Shown here piece by piece: positions 46,501-55,568 of a stretch of 64,000 bases of DNA (positions within the stretch are counted from its first letter, which is position 1; each line of letters starts with the position of its first letter). The stretch comes from a virus, in the IMG/VR virus record IMGVR_UViG_3300028920_000062, positions 1-64,000 of that record. One strand, written 5' to 3'. The notes under the pieces were generated by a model. That model was given only the letters and a program-made list of their open reading frames with translations. It was not told where the DNA came from and made no database searches. The translations under genes were made by a program, and so were the position numbers.

Positions 46501-48177
46501 ATGAACGAGAGTTTAGCTGCTCTATGGAGGGAAGCAGCTCCCGCAGGAAAGGGCGGCGGCGCTTGGCAGCGTGGTAAAATTGCTGGTTCTAGATTCTTGG
46601 AAATTACCTCTATGGTTGATGGCCAGATGCCTGCACACGCAAACGAGGTGCTTGTGTCTACAGAGAAGATGAAAGATATGGTTAATGAGATGAGACAATT
46701 CATGCCTAAAGAAGAGTTTGAGAAGTTTGCTGCACAAGCTGAGACAGGCACGATGGAAGGCATAGTGGCTCGCCACCCATTTATTGGTCAGTATTCTGCT
46801 CAGCCTGTCACAATCAGAGCTATTAAAACTGCCAAGGGTACTAGCAAAAACATGATTGCTATTCAAGAAAGGGCTGCTCGAGTAACCTTTGGTTTTGCAG
46901 GAGAGAAGGCGCAAGAAAAGCTAATGCTGATGACCCCTCTTTTGGGTATGGCTGCTGATAAAGATGCTGATGAGGCTGCGCTTTTCTTGGTACGCTCTAA
47001 GAATGCAGACCGCCTGAAGGCGATGATGCAAGGAAAGGCCAACCAGTTTACTACTGCCTATGCACAACATCAAATGCGTCTTCAGCTCCTAAAGGCATCA
47101 AAAGCTGCAGGTGGAGCTGCCGGTTTGTCTCAGAGTGGCAAGATGGCAGCAGATGTTCTCAAATTGGGAGTTACTCAGTCTCATGTTCCTAAGCTGTCTG
47201 TAGAGCTCAGTATGGCAAGACAGGCTGTTGGTCATGCACTTACAGGCCAGACAGAGGCAGATGCTCGTTTCTTGTTGGAATGGTTAGAGCAGAACCCAAT
47301 TTCCGCAAAGCACATGAACGCCAGAGAGATTTCCGAGGGTGGATTAAGGCAGCTTGATACGATCACTAATGCGCTAAAAAAGAAAGATTCAGGTACTCTA
47401 ATTGAAGAGATAAATAAGATTGTTAAGGATAATGAGATAGCCAGAAGGTTTCTTAAAGAAGACATTATGATCCAAGATGCCGTAATGGCTGATGACGGAA
47501 CGAAGTTAAATATTAGCAAACGTTTGAAGGCGATTAATGTAGAGCAGACGGTCAGAAGCCTTATGGATGCGAGACATAAGTTTGAAAAGTCTGGCGAAGC
47601 TAAACTGGCTCGTATTATGGCAGGTAGAGGCCCTCGCATGAGGCCTGTACAGGATCTTCCTCGGTTTCTTAATGCCGTGCAACAGACCGGAAACAAGGCC
47701 TTTTCTGGAGTTGCTAAAGGTATGAACACTGCAGCTAATCTTCTCCAGGCGGCTGGACGAACTGCTATTAAGCATCATAAGCCTATAGGCCTAGGATTTG
47801 CTGGCTCTATTGCTCTAGCTATGACTCTTTCTTCTCCCAAGGATACTATTGGACCAGGAGCTAATTTAGACCCAGGAGATGTTGATATGAACCAGGGGCA
47901 GGCTGCTGGAAAAATGAAGCCTGCAGATCTGATGCCACCACCTCAGGCTATGGGTAGTCCTCAGGCTCCTGGCATGATGCATTCGCCTCGGGCAATGATT
48001 GGGCCTCCCGTTCAAAGCAATAGAACTAGGGTAGTAGCTAGAACTAATTATGCAATGAATACACAAAACTTAGCCTCGCGCATCAACCAGATGACTAATA
48101 ATAGAAGATCTGTTAATCTGAGCATCAGAGACAGAAGGTCTCCCGCTGACTTCTCTGGCGGAAATACGCTCTACTAA
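43579..48177 (+). CDS. Large virion protein with degenerate two-barrel RNA polymerase-like motifs
   Basis: 1532 aa; HEKWFNDLK (45379), FDVIAS, RGKIAGSRF (46570), VARHP (46765), MAADKDADE (46948-46974); hydrophobic segments at both termini. Confidence 0.55.
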   Translation: MAKDPKEFERGESFFKKALIGTPAAVGAGIGIRRMVKDLQEAQARGAEIMYRKPLASVDAIAHATGISEEMIGRATAAREERLAFMSRNWDRFKTPEGMSVLKRSWLDAMRFADPISQTKLLSFTERVNLRGMTEPTDVFNAIQRTLEANNSSLMGRVFERFESNVVGFERHVLAGLDPMDLGTPFQFRPERVAGLDLLDLPNELGYRASKIAASLDANVGVTRYTRSDVFGKQSPEVFKLSFNQKGQTLVDLMVPVTQRGAFFEGEALRSKYVSTSVIVGNAEGGPKLMSREEYLLRQFEREIVPQIKSGQLTEPYEINAAVKQLRADILHKMENVKNLPPDLEDDAIKGYRLSRSEGVDIRWDLPERELEERRKKMLPGYHPTTRPATPEEIASIAKHPSIGKLFGGVSPANIAEGRRSFMDWSKIVSASPFAYDWGRRPEQFSREFALSEEAVAAIEREGYRESDIFATGRMRDLYKKGGLPPHLRVLYLNPEKHALLMEQLGIGRGEGLMREGLRELLEQRVFKSTNIVGMNMETLQKIQAGGQLLKGQVLGQIAETGLPFVVEDPESIKAAVGHWSEGAGDYVTIHQVNRHRLLSHEKWFNDLKMLARFTDEEVMQDAASRAGVSRRLVGEGFDVLTQVGKEIVRGQGFDVIASTEDLTKNPGLLTKQIVSGIHDTLSIRELESRGINFDFATLGVRPSPKIDKFLDHPLTFLRMWDRMSQTPEGAFDQQAFIKRAMKFSVEHAGLSPEEFGSAFGVIPEVEKEWQALTSQTLAGAGLRDVSIKEYIKAMEEGTAIGRAQLFWGGPARLRGAGGLGSIEPRLFEMLSGGVYGETGKELAKEFAERAVGTDPQKRALSEALATTMASIGGQIKRKKGEAIWDIAEQSIAEDDIAKQFETFLESGGGWMRAKKGAKEVFVPGLDNLTAMQPFTTAGGKGVRGAVPDIFYNMLYKGAEFAEGSLGEKAYERHMNESLAALWREAAPAGKGGGAWQRGKIAGSRFLEITSMVDGQMPAHANEVLVSTEKMKDMVNEMRQFMPKEEFEKFAAQAETGTMEGIVARHPFIGQYSAQPVTIRAIKTAKGTSKNMIAIQERAARVTFGFAGEKAQEKLMLMTPLLGMAADKDADEAALFLVRSKNADRLKAMMQGKANQFTTAYAQHQMRLQLLKASKAAGGAAGLSQSGKMAADVLKLGVTQSHVPKLSVELSMARQAVGHALTGQTEADARFLLEWLEQNPISAKHMNAREISEGGLRQLDTITNALKKKDSGTLIEEINKIVKDNEIARRFLKEDIMIQDAVMADDGTKLNISKRLKAINVEQTVRSLMDARHKFEKSGEAKLARIMAGRGPRMRPVQDLPRFLNAVQQTGNKAFSGVAKGMNTAANLLQAAGRTAIKHHKPIGLGFAGSIALAMTLSSPKDTIGPGANLDPGDVDMNQGQAAGKMKPADLMPPPQAMGSPQAPGMMHSPRAMIGPPVQSNRTRVVARTNYAMNTQNLASRINQMTNNRRSVNLSIRDRRSPADFSGGNTLY

Positions 48178-48186
48178 TGAGGAACT

Positions 48187-51100
48187 ATGGCTACTGACAC
48201 AGGGTATTTTCAGATCAACGACCTCATATTTCAGGTCCCACCGGAAGCAATTAAAGTCAATAGAAGGGCTGTGAACAATTATTGGCAGACTCTACGTACA
48301 CGTTCGTCCATCAAGCTATCTTCGGGGTACTCTATCTTAGACATTGAAGTGTCGATGAAAGTCATTGCTGAGGGTAACGAGCTAGAAAAGCTTTCTTGCC
48401 TTGTTGCTCAGTTGCGCGTAACTCCGTTTTGTTGGATAAAAAACCAGTATATTAGGAACACTGTCTTGGGTGGGCAGACTAAACAGGCCATGGTTCTTGC
48501 TCTCAAACAACTGGAGATACGCAAGTCAGCTGGAGAAGATACCAACATTATTGAAGTTTATATGCTTTTCTCTTGGTTTAATTATCTGCCTTATATGAAG
48601 GACTGGCTTTATAAGGAAGATATTTTTGTTCCCAAACCCGTTGAAGATCCTCGCAAATCAAGGGCTTGGCGTATTATGTATGCTGCCGAGAAGATGAGAG
48701 GGCCTTATCAGGTTCCTCCAAGTCTTTACTCTAATGCAGTTTTAGATCTGCGGCAGTTTATGACTGTTACCAAAAAGAAGTTTAAGCAACTTAAACAAGA
48801 TGTAGCTTTTCTAAAAGAGTTTAGAGGACAAATAGAGGCATCTCTTCCAAAGAAAGGAACTTCTGAATTTCCCGGGGTAGTAGATAATATTATCCAGTCT
48901 CTTGTAAAAAGTGCAGGGAAAGAGAGAGTTCATCGTTCGTTATCCAGCGTTTTTGGGCATACGACAACTGCTGTAGGCGAAGTGGGAGTAGAAGAACTTC
49001 TCCATCTTATTGATGTCGATATTACTGCTAAAGGACAAGAGGTTGAATCCTATAACAAAGTATACGAAGCAACAACGCGGGGTTGGGAAGTTGCTAAATT
49101 AGCAGACGGAACGCCCATTGAGATTGTTGGTAAAGCTGATGCAACTATTGATGAGAAGAGTGATCTGTCTGGGGAAGATGATCAGATATTGATGGAGTCT
49201 AATCGTGTTCTGAATTTTGAGAAGGCAGGACTTATTATTACCGGTGTCTCTGTTAGCTTTGAGAACATTCTCGCAACTATGCCAGTTATTGGGCATCCAT
49301 ATCCCTCTTTTCAGCACATAGGAAGCATAGATGCCGTAGTGACACTGTCTTTTGTTACGACTTCTGAGAATTCTATACAGGCAATTTCTAATTTTTATAC
49401 AATCTGTCAAGATCAGTCTCGTAAGTTTAGGCAGGTTCCCGAGGGGATCAGGAACGTTGTTATCAGCAATGACATCGTTAATATGTGCGGTCTTCATGAG
49501 TTTCTTATTGAGGATTTAAGACAGGGAACTATGCCTGGCCAGCCGGGGACCTATTATGGCGAACTCGTATTGGTCAATAACCCGCTTGATGCCAAGACCA
49601 AGGAGGGTCTGGTGCTCTCTAGTGATTTTATTACAGACAATACTTTAAGACTAAAGGTTATAGAAATTTTAGACCAGTATGTAAAGTTTAATGATCAGGA
49701 TATCAGAACAGATATAGATAATGAGACGTCAGAATTCGGGAAGTTCGTGGGTGTTGCTGATAAATCAATAGAAGTCTTGGTCCGCAGTCCATACGATCAG
49801 GTTAAGCCTGGGGGCTCTGGGAAGCATATAGCAACTAACCAGGGGGTCCAGCGTAAGGCTACTGTAATTAGCCCATATGGTGAAGGACTGTCCAAAAAGG
49901 GTTTTGAGGATTTTCCTGCTACTAATGCGTATTATATAGATAGTGAGAACAATAAGAGAATTAGTTCTGGTGGTTATTATTCGTTCAATAATACTTTTGA
50001 TAATCGCCAGGCCGCTCTCAGGCATTTCGTTGTTCGCTATATGAATTCTTTAACCAAGGTGTTTTCTTCACTGTCATCTCTCTTCATCAAGGACTGGCAG
50101 GGACATAACCTTGGAATAACCAAAGGAATGGTTGACCATAATACCATTTCGCTTTTTACTTTGACAGATGATCAGGTACCCGGAATTGGCAGACTTCGCA
50201 AGGACTTAATTGCCACTGCAAGGAAATTCAGAAGAAGAGGAAAGTTTAACTTAAATCCGTCATCATCAACTGACACCGAAGGTATATCATCTCGAGGAGA
50301 AATGTATCAATTTCTTTTTGATTCTTGGAACGAAATGAAAGATCTTCCGCTTTCTGACCAGCGCCGAAAGCATTCGATAATACTTGAAAGATTAGACTTT
50401 TTTGCCGCAGAAGCCCTTAAGGAAAAGAAGTTCGGTGGTAACCCACATGCCATTAACAGTACCAGCTTTCTTCACTTTAGAGATGCTTTTATAGATAAGT
50501 ATCTCAAAGACTTTAGGAAAGAGATATTGGATCTTACTCGAGATATTCAGAAGTCTCAGGTATTTGACTTAGATATTTTTCAGCCAGTTAAGGATCTTTA
50601 TAAAGAGGCTGGTCTTCCCTCTAAGGGGAATAATTACCCGGACTTTCCTCTGACTCAGGTGATTGAGATTCTAAGACAACGAAGTGACTGGGATAAAATA
50701 AAGGCTAAGATCGAAGAGCGTAGAGATCTGGCTGGTCTTGCAGTATACAATGTTTCTCTTGAGGCTCTAATTAATCCTGACTTCTATCTATATAATAAGA
50801 CAACAGATTCTACTTCTGATCTAATTAGTCGTCAGCTTATTAATGAAGCTAAAGAGGCGATCAAATTAACACAAGGACAATTACAGGTAGACGCCGAAGC
50901 TGACTGGGTTACCAATACATACAACAGACATATTATTGGGACTACTCTTGCAGAACGAATAACAAATGATGTTAAGAATGGAACCAGCAATAAAGACAGA
51001 GTTGAGGAAATTCGAGCACGGAGAAAAGAGCTGGAAGAGACAGGAAAAAATCCAGAGCTTATTAATTATCTAAATCAGCGCGACAGGCTTTTGGAAGAAG

Positions 51101-54100
51101 GAGTTTTCCACATCGATGATCTTTCTGGCCCGCCGCTAGGTAATGCAATTTCAGAAAATGTAACCGAAGAGGGAGCTCTCGGTATCTCAATTAAAGCTAT
51201 TAATAATCTAAAAGATAAAGCAAATTTGACTATATCTGTTCGTGACGAACAGCAACTAGTTCCAGATCTAGAGCACTATGCTTTGGCTAAGCATCGCTTT
51301 GATATCTTGGGATCTCTCGATGAACAATCTGCGGCAGAATATAGGCCTCCACCTAATTTTGATCCAAACAAAGATCCTGTTTGGGCTTGGCCTACTTCTG
51401 AACCTGGGAATACAAGGATAACTCCAAATACCGGTTATTTTGGAAAGCCAAGAGAAAATATTGGTAAAGACAAAAATATAACTACTGGTCGACACCTCGG
51501 GATAGATATTATTAGTAAATTTGGTAAGGAAAGAACTAGACAATTGTTTGTCCGCGCCGCTGCTGACGGCAAGATCATTGAAGTTTCTAATAATTATGAA
51601 ATATATGGACATGAGTCGAAGTGGAGAGAGGGTCCTGCAGACTCTTGTGTCTATATCAAGGTGCAGCATGCCAACGGGTGGGTTACTTCCTATAAACATT
51701 TGCAGTGGGAACCTACAATTAAGAAATATTCTGATCTTTTCCATGGTCGTCTTGCAGGACAAGAAATTTGGGTCAGACAAGGAACAGTGCTAGGTAAAGT
51801 TGGAACTACTGGTCCTTCAACTGGGCCTCATCTTCATTTTGCAATGATAAAGACAAAGGGAAATCCGCCTGCTGGGGTAAACACCATAAATCACAAGAGA
51901 GGAATATATGTCGATCCAAACCAAATGCTTTCTGCTGGAGAGTTTGTTTCTCAAGGTCCTGTTTATGGAGTTGACCCTAATAACGAATCTTTGTTTACTA
52001 AAAGTGTAGAACAATTTGACAAGGAAATGCAAAGTGGACAAGGCTATAGCCTCATGCGAGCCTATCCTACCTTTCGCTTGTATTTTATTGAATCTGACCT
52101 TGAAGAACGCAAGATCTTTGGGTTCGATGACTTCTTCTCTTATAGTGCTGTACAGGATATCCAGGTTGTTCGGAGCAGAAAGATTGCTGCCGACCTAATG
52201 GTTATTAGCCTAACAAATACTTCTGGTGTGCTTACCAATAGAAAATTTAGGGGACAGGGTCGTGATAACCAGCATAGGGATTTTCAGGGGAAGATAGCCA
52301 AAGAGAATGTCAAAGATCTCTCTGCCAGAAATACAATTAGAGAAAACCCAATTGCTTCTCTTATGGTTCAGCCAGGCATACAGGTACAATTAAGGTTGGG
52401 ATATCACTCTAGCCCAGATGAGCTAGAGCGTGTTTTTAATGGTGTTATTACTGATGTAGATATGTCAGAAGACGAAGATATCGTTAATATTACATGTCAG
52501 AGCTTTGGTATCGAATTAACACAGAAGGTCTATGGTGAAGCTAAGAACTATGGTGGATGGCTCAAAGGATCTGGGAAAACTTCTGAAATCCTTGAAGATC
52601 TTATGTCTCAGCCAGAGATGGTTCACTTTGGGCGGTGGAATGCAGGAGAGCCATATAATGGCGCTTATGGTCTACTTCAAACTCGTTTTCAATTTCAACC
52701 GACCCCTCAAGACGATAACCTCTTTCCTCCAACCGGAAAAAAGGGATTCTATAGTTTGTTCGATAGTACCCCAAAATACATAATGTATAACACTACCGTG
52801 TGGGATACTTTTCAGGAAATGACTTTGCGTCATCCCGCATATATCACCTATCCAGTTCCTTATGACGGTAGAGAAGGTCCTCGTATGACTATGTTTTTCG
52901 GGGTTCCAAATCAATTATATTTTGCTCGAGATCCCACTTTGCGCGAAAAGGAAGCTATGGGCAGTATTAAGAATCTGGCTACAAAAACAAATTCTATCAT
53001 TGATGAAGTAAAGGATGGTCAGAAGTCGAATAAGGATATCTCAAAAAGCGCAATAGGAGCTGTAGCTGGGATTGGAACCCTAGCTCTTGCCCCCGCCTTG
53101 TTGCCTCTTGCTTCTCTTGGAATCCCTTTGTTAGCTGCTGGCGGAAAAGATGATCGCTTGAGAGAAATCTGGATTAACAGGTCTCTTCTTAGATATGCCA
53201 AAGATAGAGGCTTTATTAAGCCATTTAGAAATTATCACGTACTTACCAGCACCATGCATATCCTGAAGAACTCGATCTCTAGCAGCAGCTGGAATACATT
53301 TAATACTGTTACTTTGAATTACGAGGATGACGCAGCTGAGGTTGAAAAAGAGAAGAAGAGTTTAGTCTTTAATGAACGCGAAACGATGTCTATGAAGTGT
53401 GATGCGGGGCTTCCTGATGAAGAGATCAGAGAGCTCATGACGTCTTGGCCTAATTGCATTCAGGACGAAATGGCAAAGAGATATTCGGTTGCTTTACTTT
53501 GGAACTCTTTAAAAGAAGGATATTCTGGGAGTCTTGTAACTATTGGAAACCCTTCAATTAAACCTCATGACGTATGCTATGTGTTTGACGAATATAACGA
53601 TATGGTGGGTCCTATTGAGGTTGAACAAGTAGTCCATAGGTTTTCTCAGAATACTGGATTTGTTACAGAAATTACTCCCGATATGTGTATCCATATCAAT
53701 CAGGCAAGTACAATGGCTGTATCTGATGCAGTGGGGCTGGCAGTAGAGGGAGCAATGCAAGAAATGGGTCTGCAGCCTTTGGCTAGTGTTATTGGAGCTT
53801 CACGTGGCATTAAGCGTACTGCCGGCTTAGCAAGGATTGGTGGGTTAGACGCTGAAACGGGTATACTGGCTAGTGAAATGGCTGGCGCTGCAGCAAGGAC
53901 TGCTATGAGTATAGCTCTTGCTCCGTTTTCTGGACTTCTCTATGTTCCTAAACTAACGGGTGCGTTTATTATGCGTAAGTTAATTACTCGGTCACAGACT
54001 GCGCATCCGTTCCGGTATAGTCCTTTAGTGAAACAAGGCAAGCCAATGATTGGAGGATTCCCTTCTAGGTATGTGGATGGTAGCTTTATCCAGGGTATTG

Positions 54101-54210
54101 ATAGATATTTCAAGGAGAATGCGGAGTCTATCCCGCTGTATCTAGACCACTTGTATGATAAAATCGTGGTCAATGACTGGATTCATGTCCGAGGGAAGAT
54201 AGGAGGATAG
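48187..54210 (+). CDS. Baseplate hub / tail-associated lysin with M23 peptidase domain
   Basis: 2007 aa; M23 motifs HLGID (51493), YKHL, GTTGPSTGPHLHF (HLH 51829); hub-like QLRLGY..FNGVITDV..ITCQSFG and GSLVTIGNPSIKPHD..VVHRFS..GFVTEI. Confidence 0.85.
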   Translation: MATDTGYFQINDLIFQVPPEAIKVNRRAVNNYWQTLRTRSSIKLSSGYSILDIEVSMKVIAEGNELEKLSCLVAQLRVTPFCWIKNQYIRNTVLGGQTKQAMVLALKQLEIRKSAGEDTNIIEVYMLFSWFNYLPYMKDWLYKEDIFVPKPVEDPRKSRAWRIMYAAEKMRGPYQVPPSLYSNAVLDLRQFMTVTKKKFKQLKQDVAFLKEFRGQIEASLPKKGTSEFPGVVDNIIQSLVKSAGKERVHRSLSSVFGHTTTAVGEVGVEELLHLIDVDITAKGQEVESYNKVYEATTRGWEVAKLADGTPIEIVGKADATIDEKSDLSGEDDQILMESNRVLNFEKAGLIITGVSVSFENILATMPVIGHPYPSFQHIGSIDAVVTLSFVTTSENSIQAISNFYTICQDQSRKFRQVPEGIRNVVISNDIVNMCGLHEFLIEDLRQGTMPGQPGTYYGELVLVNNPLDAKTKEGLVLSSDFITDNTLRLKVIEILDQYVKFNDQDIRTDIDNETSEFGKFVGVADKSIEVLVRSPYDQVKPGGSGKHIATNQGVQRKATVISPYGEGLSKKGFEDFPATNAYYIDSENNKRISSGGYYSFNNTFDNRQAALRHFVVRYMNSLTKVFSSLSSLFIKDWQGHNLGITKGMVDHNTISLFTLTDDQVPGIGRLRKDLIATARKFRRRGKFNLNPSSSTDTEGISSRGEMYQFLFDSWNEMKDLPLSDQRRKHSIILERLDFFAAEALKEKKFGGNPHAINSTSFLHFRDAFIDKYLKDFRKEILDLTRDIQKSQVFDLDIFQPVKDLYKEAGLPSKGNNYPDFPLTQVIEILRQRSDWDKIKAKIEERRDLAGLAVYNVSLEALINPDFYLYNKTTDSTSDLISRQLINEAKEAIKLTQGQLQVDAEADWVTNTYNRHIIGTTLAERITNDVKNGTSNKDRVEEIRARRKELEETGKNPELINYLNQRDRLLEEGVFHIDDLSGPPLGNAISENVTEEGALGISIKAINNLKDKANLTISVRDEQQLVPDLEHYALAKHRFDILGSLDEQSAAEYRPPPNFDPNKDPVWAWPTSEPGNTRITPNTGYFGKPRENIGKDKNITTGRHLGIDIISKFGKERTRQLFVRAAADGKIIEVSNNYEIYGHESKWREGPADSCVYIKVQHANGWVTSYKHLQWEPTIKKYSDLFHGRLAGQEIWVRQGTVLGKVGTTGPSTGPHLHFAMIKTKGNPPAGVNTINHKRGIYVDPNQMLSAGEFVSQGPVYGVDPNNESLFTKSVEQFDKEMQSGQGYSLMRAYPTFRLYFIESDLEERKIFGFDDFFSYSAVQDIQVVRSRKIAADLMVISLTNTSGVLTNRKFRGQGRDNQHRDFQGKIAKENVKDLSARNTIRENPIASLMVQPGIQVQLRLGYHSSPDELERVFNGVITDVDMSEDEDIVNITCQSFGIELTQKVYGEAKNYGGWLKGSGKTSEILEDLMSQPEMVHFGRWNAGEPYNGAYGLLQTRFQFQPTPQDDNLFPPTGKKGFYSLFDSTPKYIMYNTTVWDTFQEMTLRHPAYITYPVPYDGREGPRMTMFFGVPNQLYFARDPTLREKEAMGSIKNLATKTNSIIDEVKDGQKSNKDISKSAIGAVAGIGTLALAPALLPLASLGIPLLAAGGKDDRLREIWINRSLLRYAKDRGFIKPFRNYHVLTSTMHILKNSISSSSWNTFNTVTLNYEDDAAEVEKEKKSLVFNERETMSMKCDAGLPDEEIRELMTSWPNCIQDEMAKRYSVALLWNSLKEGYSGSLVTIGNPSIKPHDVCYVFDEYNDMVGPIEVEQVVHRFSQNTGFVTEITPDMCIHINQASTMAVSDAVGLAVEGAMQEMGLQPLASVIGASRGIKRTAGLARIGGLDAETGILASEMAGAAARTAMSIALAPFSGLLYVPKLTGAFIMRKLITRSQTAHPFRYSPLVKQGKPMIGGFPSRYVDGSFIQGIDRYFKENAESIPLYLDHLYDKIVVNDWIHVRGKIGG

Positions 54211-54211
54211 C

Positions 54212-54685
54212 ATGTCATTACGGGGTAGAGCTGCTCGGACCAGTGGTGGTCTTCCGCAATTTAAAGAGACTTCTGGGCAGAAGCCCAGTCCTAAGTCAAT
54301 TGATCAGGCGGGTATTGATGGCACCACAAAGGTAGCTTGGGCTCCTGCCGATGCAGGGGATCGTATTTCATATGGAATTATTACTGATGTCAATTTTGCT
54401 AACTATCAAGTTAAGGTACGAGTTTTGGGAAATAGAAGACATGCTAAACTCGAAAATGAATGGCAATCCCTCATCACACAACAAGACGAAATCTTTCTTC
54501 GCTGGGGGCAGTTGAGAAAAGGTATGTATTGTCGCATACACTGGCGCGGCGCGATTGAGGCAAAATATGGATTTATTGAAATTATTGGTGATGAGGAAAC
54601 TAATCTTCTCAAACAGTCAGATAAAAAGAATGAGGTAAAAACGTTCCCTTATAAGTTTTTGGGTGGGGGACTAACCGCGTTTTAA
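54212..54685 (+). CDS. Putative baseplate spike N-terminal OB-fold protein (gpV/gp5-like)
   Basis: YGIITDVNFANYQVKVRV..LRKGMYCRI; directly after the hub. Confidence 0.5.
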   Translation: MSLRGRAARTSGGLPQFKETSGQKPSPKSIDQAGIDGTTKVAWAPADAGDRISYGIITDVNFANYQVKVRVLGNRRHAKLENEWQSLITQQDEIFLRWGQLRKGMYCRIHWRGAIEAKYGFIEIIGDEETNLLKQSDKKNEVKTFPYKFLGGGLTAF

Positions 54686-54694
54686 GGAGAAATT

Positions 54695-55084
54695 ATGTCA
54701 TCAGCTATTGATCTAGAAGAGGGCATTGTCAGGGTCCCAGCTAAAAAGGATGGCGGGAAGTACAAGATCTGGACCGCCTCGAGAACTGCAGAAGGCGGCT
54801 TTATGGTTACTCCGGACTCGGTTGTTATGGCAGGAAGCCCAAAGAACTTCGTGGCTGCAGATGCATCTGGTGTCTATATCGGCGGCGGCGGTTCTATTTC
54901 TTTCAATACCACCTCAGAGAATATCCGCACAGGTGGACTGTTTGTCCAATTGAATGACTTTCTTAGGATGATTCCTTCTACTATTATGACGCCAATTCCT
55001 CCTATAATTCCATTTGCTCCTTTAGCTTTACCAGTAATGGTAGCAGCTAGTCTCCCATGGTTCTTGGGCCTTACGGTGATCTAA
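54695..55084 (+). CDS. Small baseplate/spike-associated protein with hydrophobic C-terminus
   Basis: 129 aa; short beta repeats then PSTIMTPIPP..PWFLGLTVI; AAGGAG SD. Confidence 0.5.
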   Translation: MSSAIDLEEGIVRVPAKKDGGKYKIWTASRTAEGGFMVTPDSVVMAGSPKNFVAADASGVYIGGGGSISFNTTSENIRTGGLFVQLNDFLRMIPSTIMTPIPPIIPFAPLALPVMVAASLPWFLGLTVI

Positions 55085-55558
55085 ATGGCAAATTATGATA
55101 GCGTAGACCTTGATTTCACATGGGACGGCGACTACAGGGTGGCGGATGACGGTGATCTCATGGATACCACTGATGACTACACTAGGTCATTCGTGAATGA
55201 AATCACTACCGTTGTAAAGTCAGATCTGTTAGATTGGGAGCTTGATCCGACCATTGGTACCAATTTGTCTGATTTTGTAGGAGAAGCGAATACTAGAGAG
55301 AATGGAGAGGCGATTGAAGAAAGGGTTAGAATCAGCCTAGTAGATGCTGGGATTGTGGCCCCAGAGGATCTGTTCGTGAGGGTAGTTCCCCTTAGCATTC
55401 ACAGAATCATGATCAGCATCTCTGTGCTAACCTTGGCTACACCGAATAACCGGTTATCTGCCGGTGAGCCGATTGTAGTAACTTTGGTATTTGATACAAC
55501 TGAGGGCGGTATCTTTGTGCAGCCCATCTCCAAAATAAGAGAGGAACAGAACCTCTAA
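55085..55558 (+). CDS. Baseplate wedge protein, gp25/gpW-like
   Basis: GDL..DW..DPTIGTNLSDFVGE..IEERVRISL pattern; before the baseplate J-like gene. Confidence 0.75.
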   Translation: MANYDSVDLDFTWDGDYRVADDGDLMDTTDDYTRSFVNEITTVVKSDLLDWELDPTIGTNLSDFVGEANTRENGEAIEERVRISLVDAGIVAPEDLFVRVVPLSIHRIMISISVLTLATPNNRLSAGEPIVVTLVFDTTEGGIFVQPISKIREEQNL

Positions 55559-55568
55559 GGAGTGCCCA

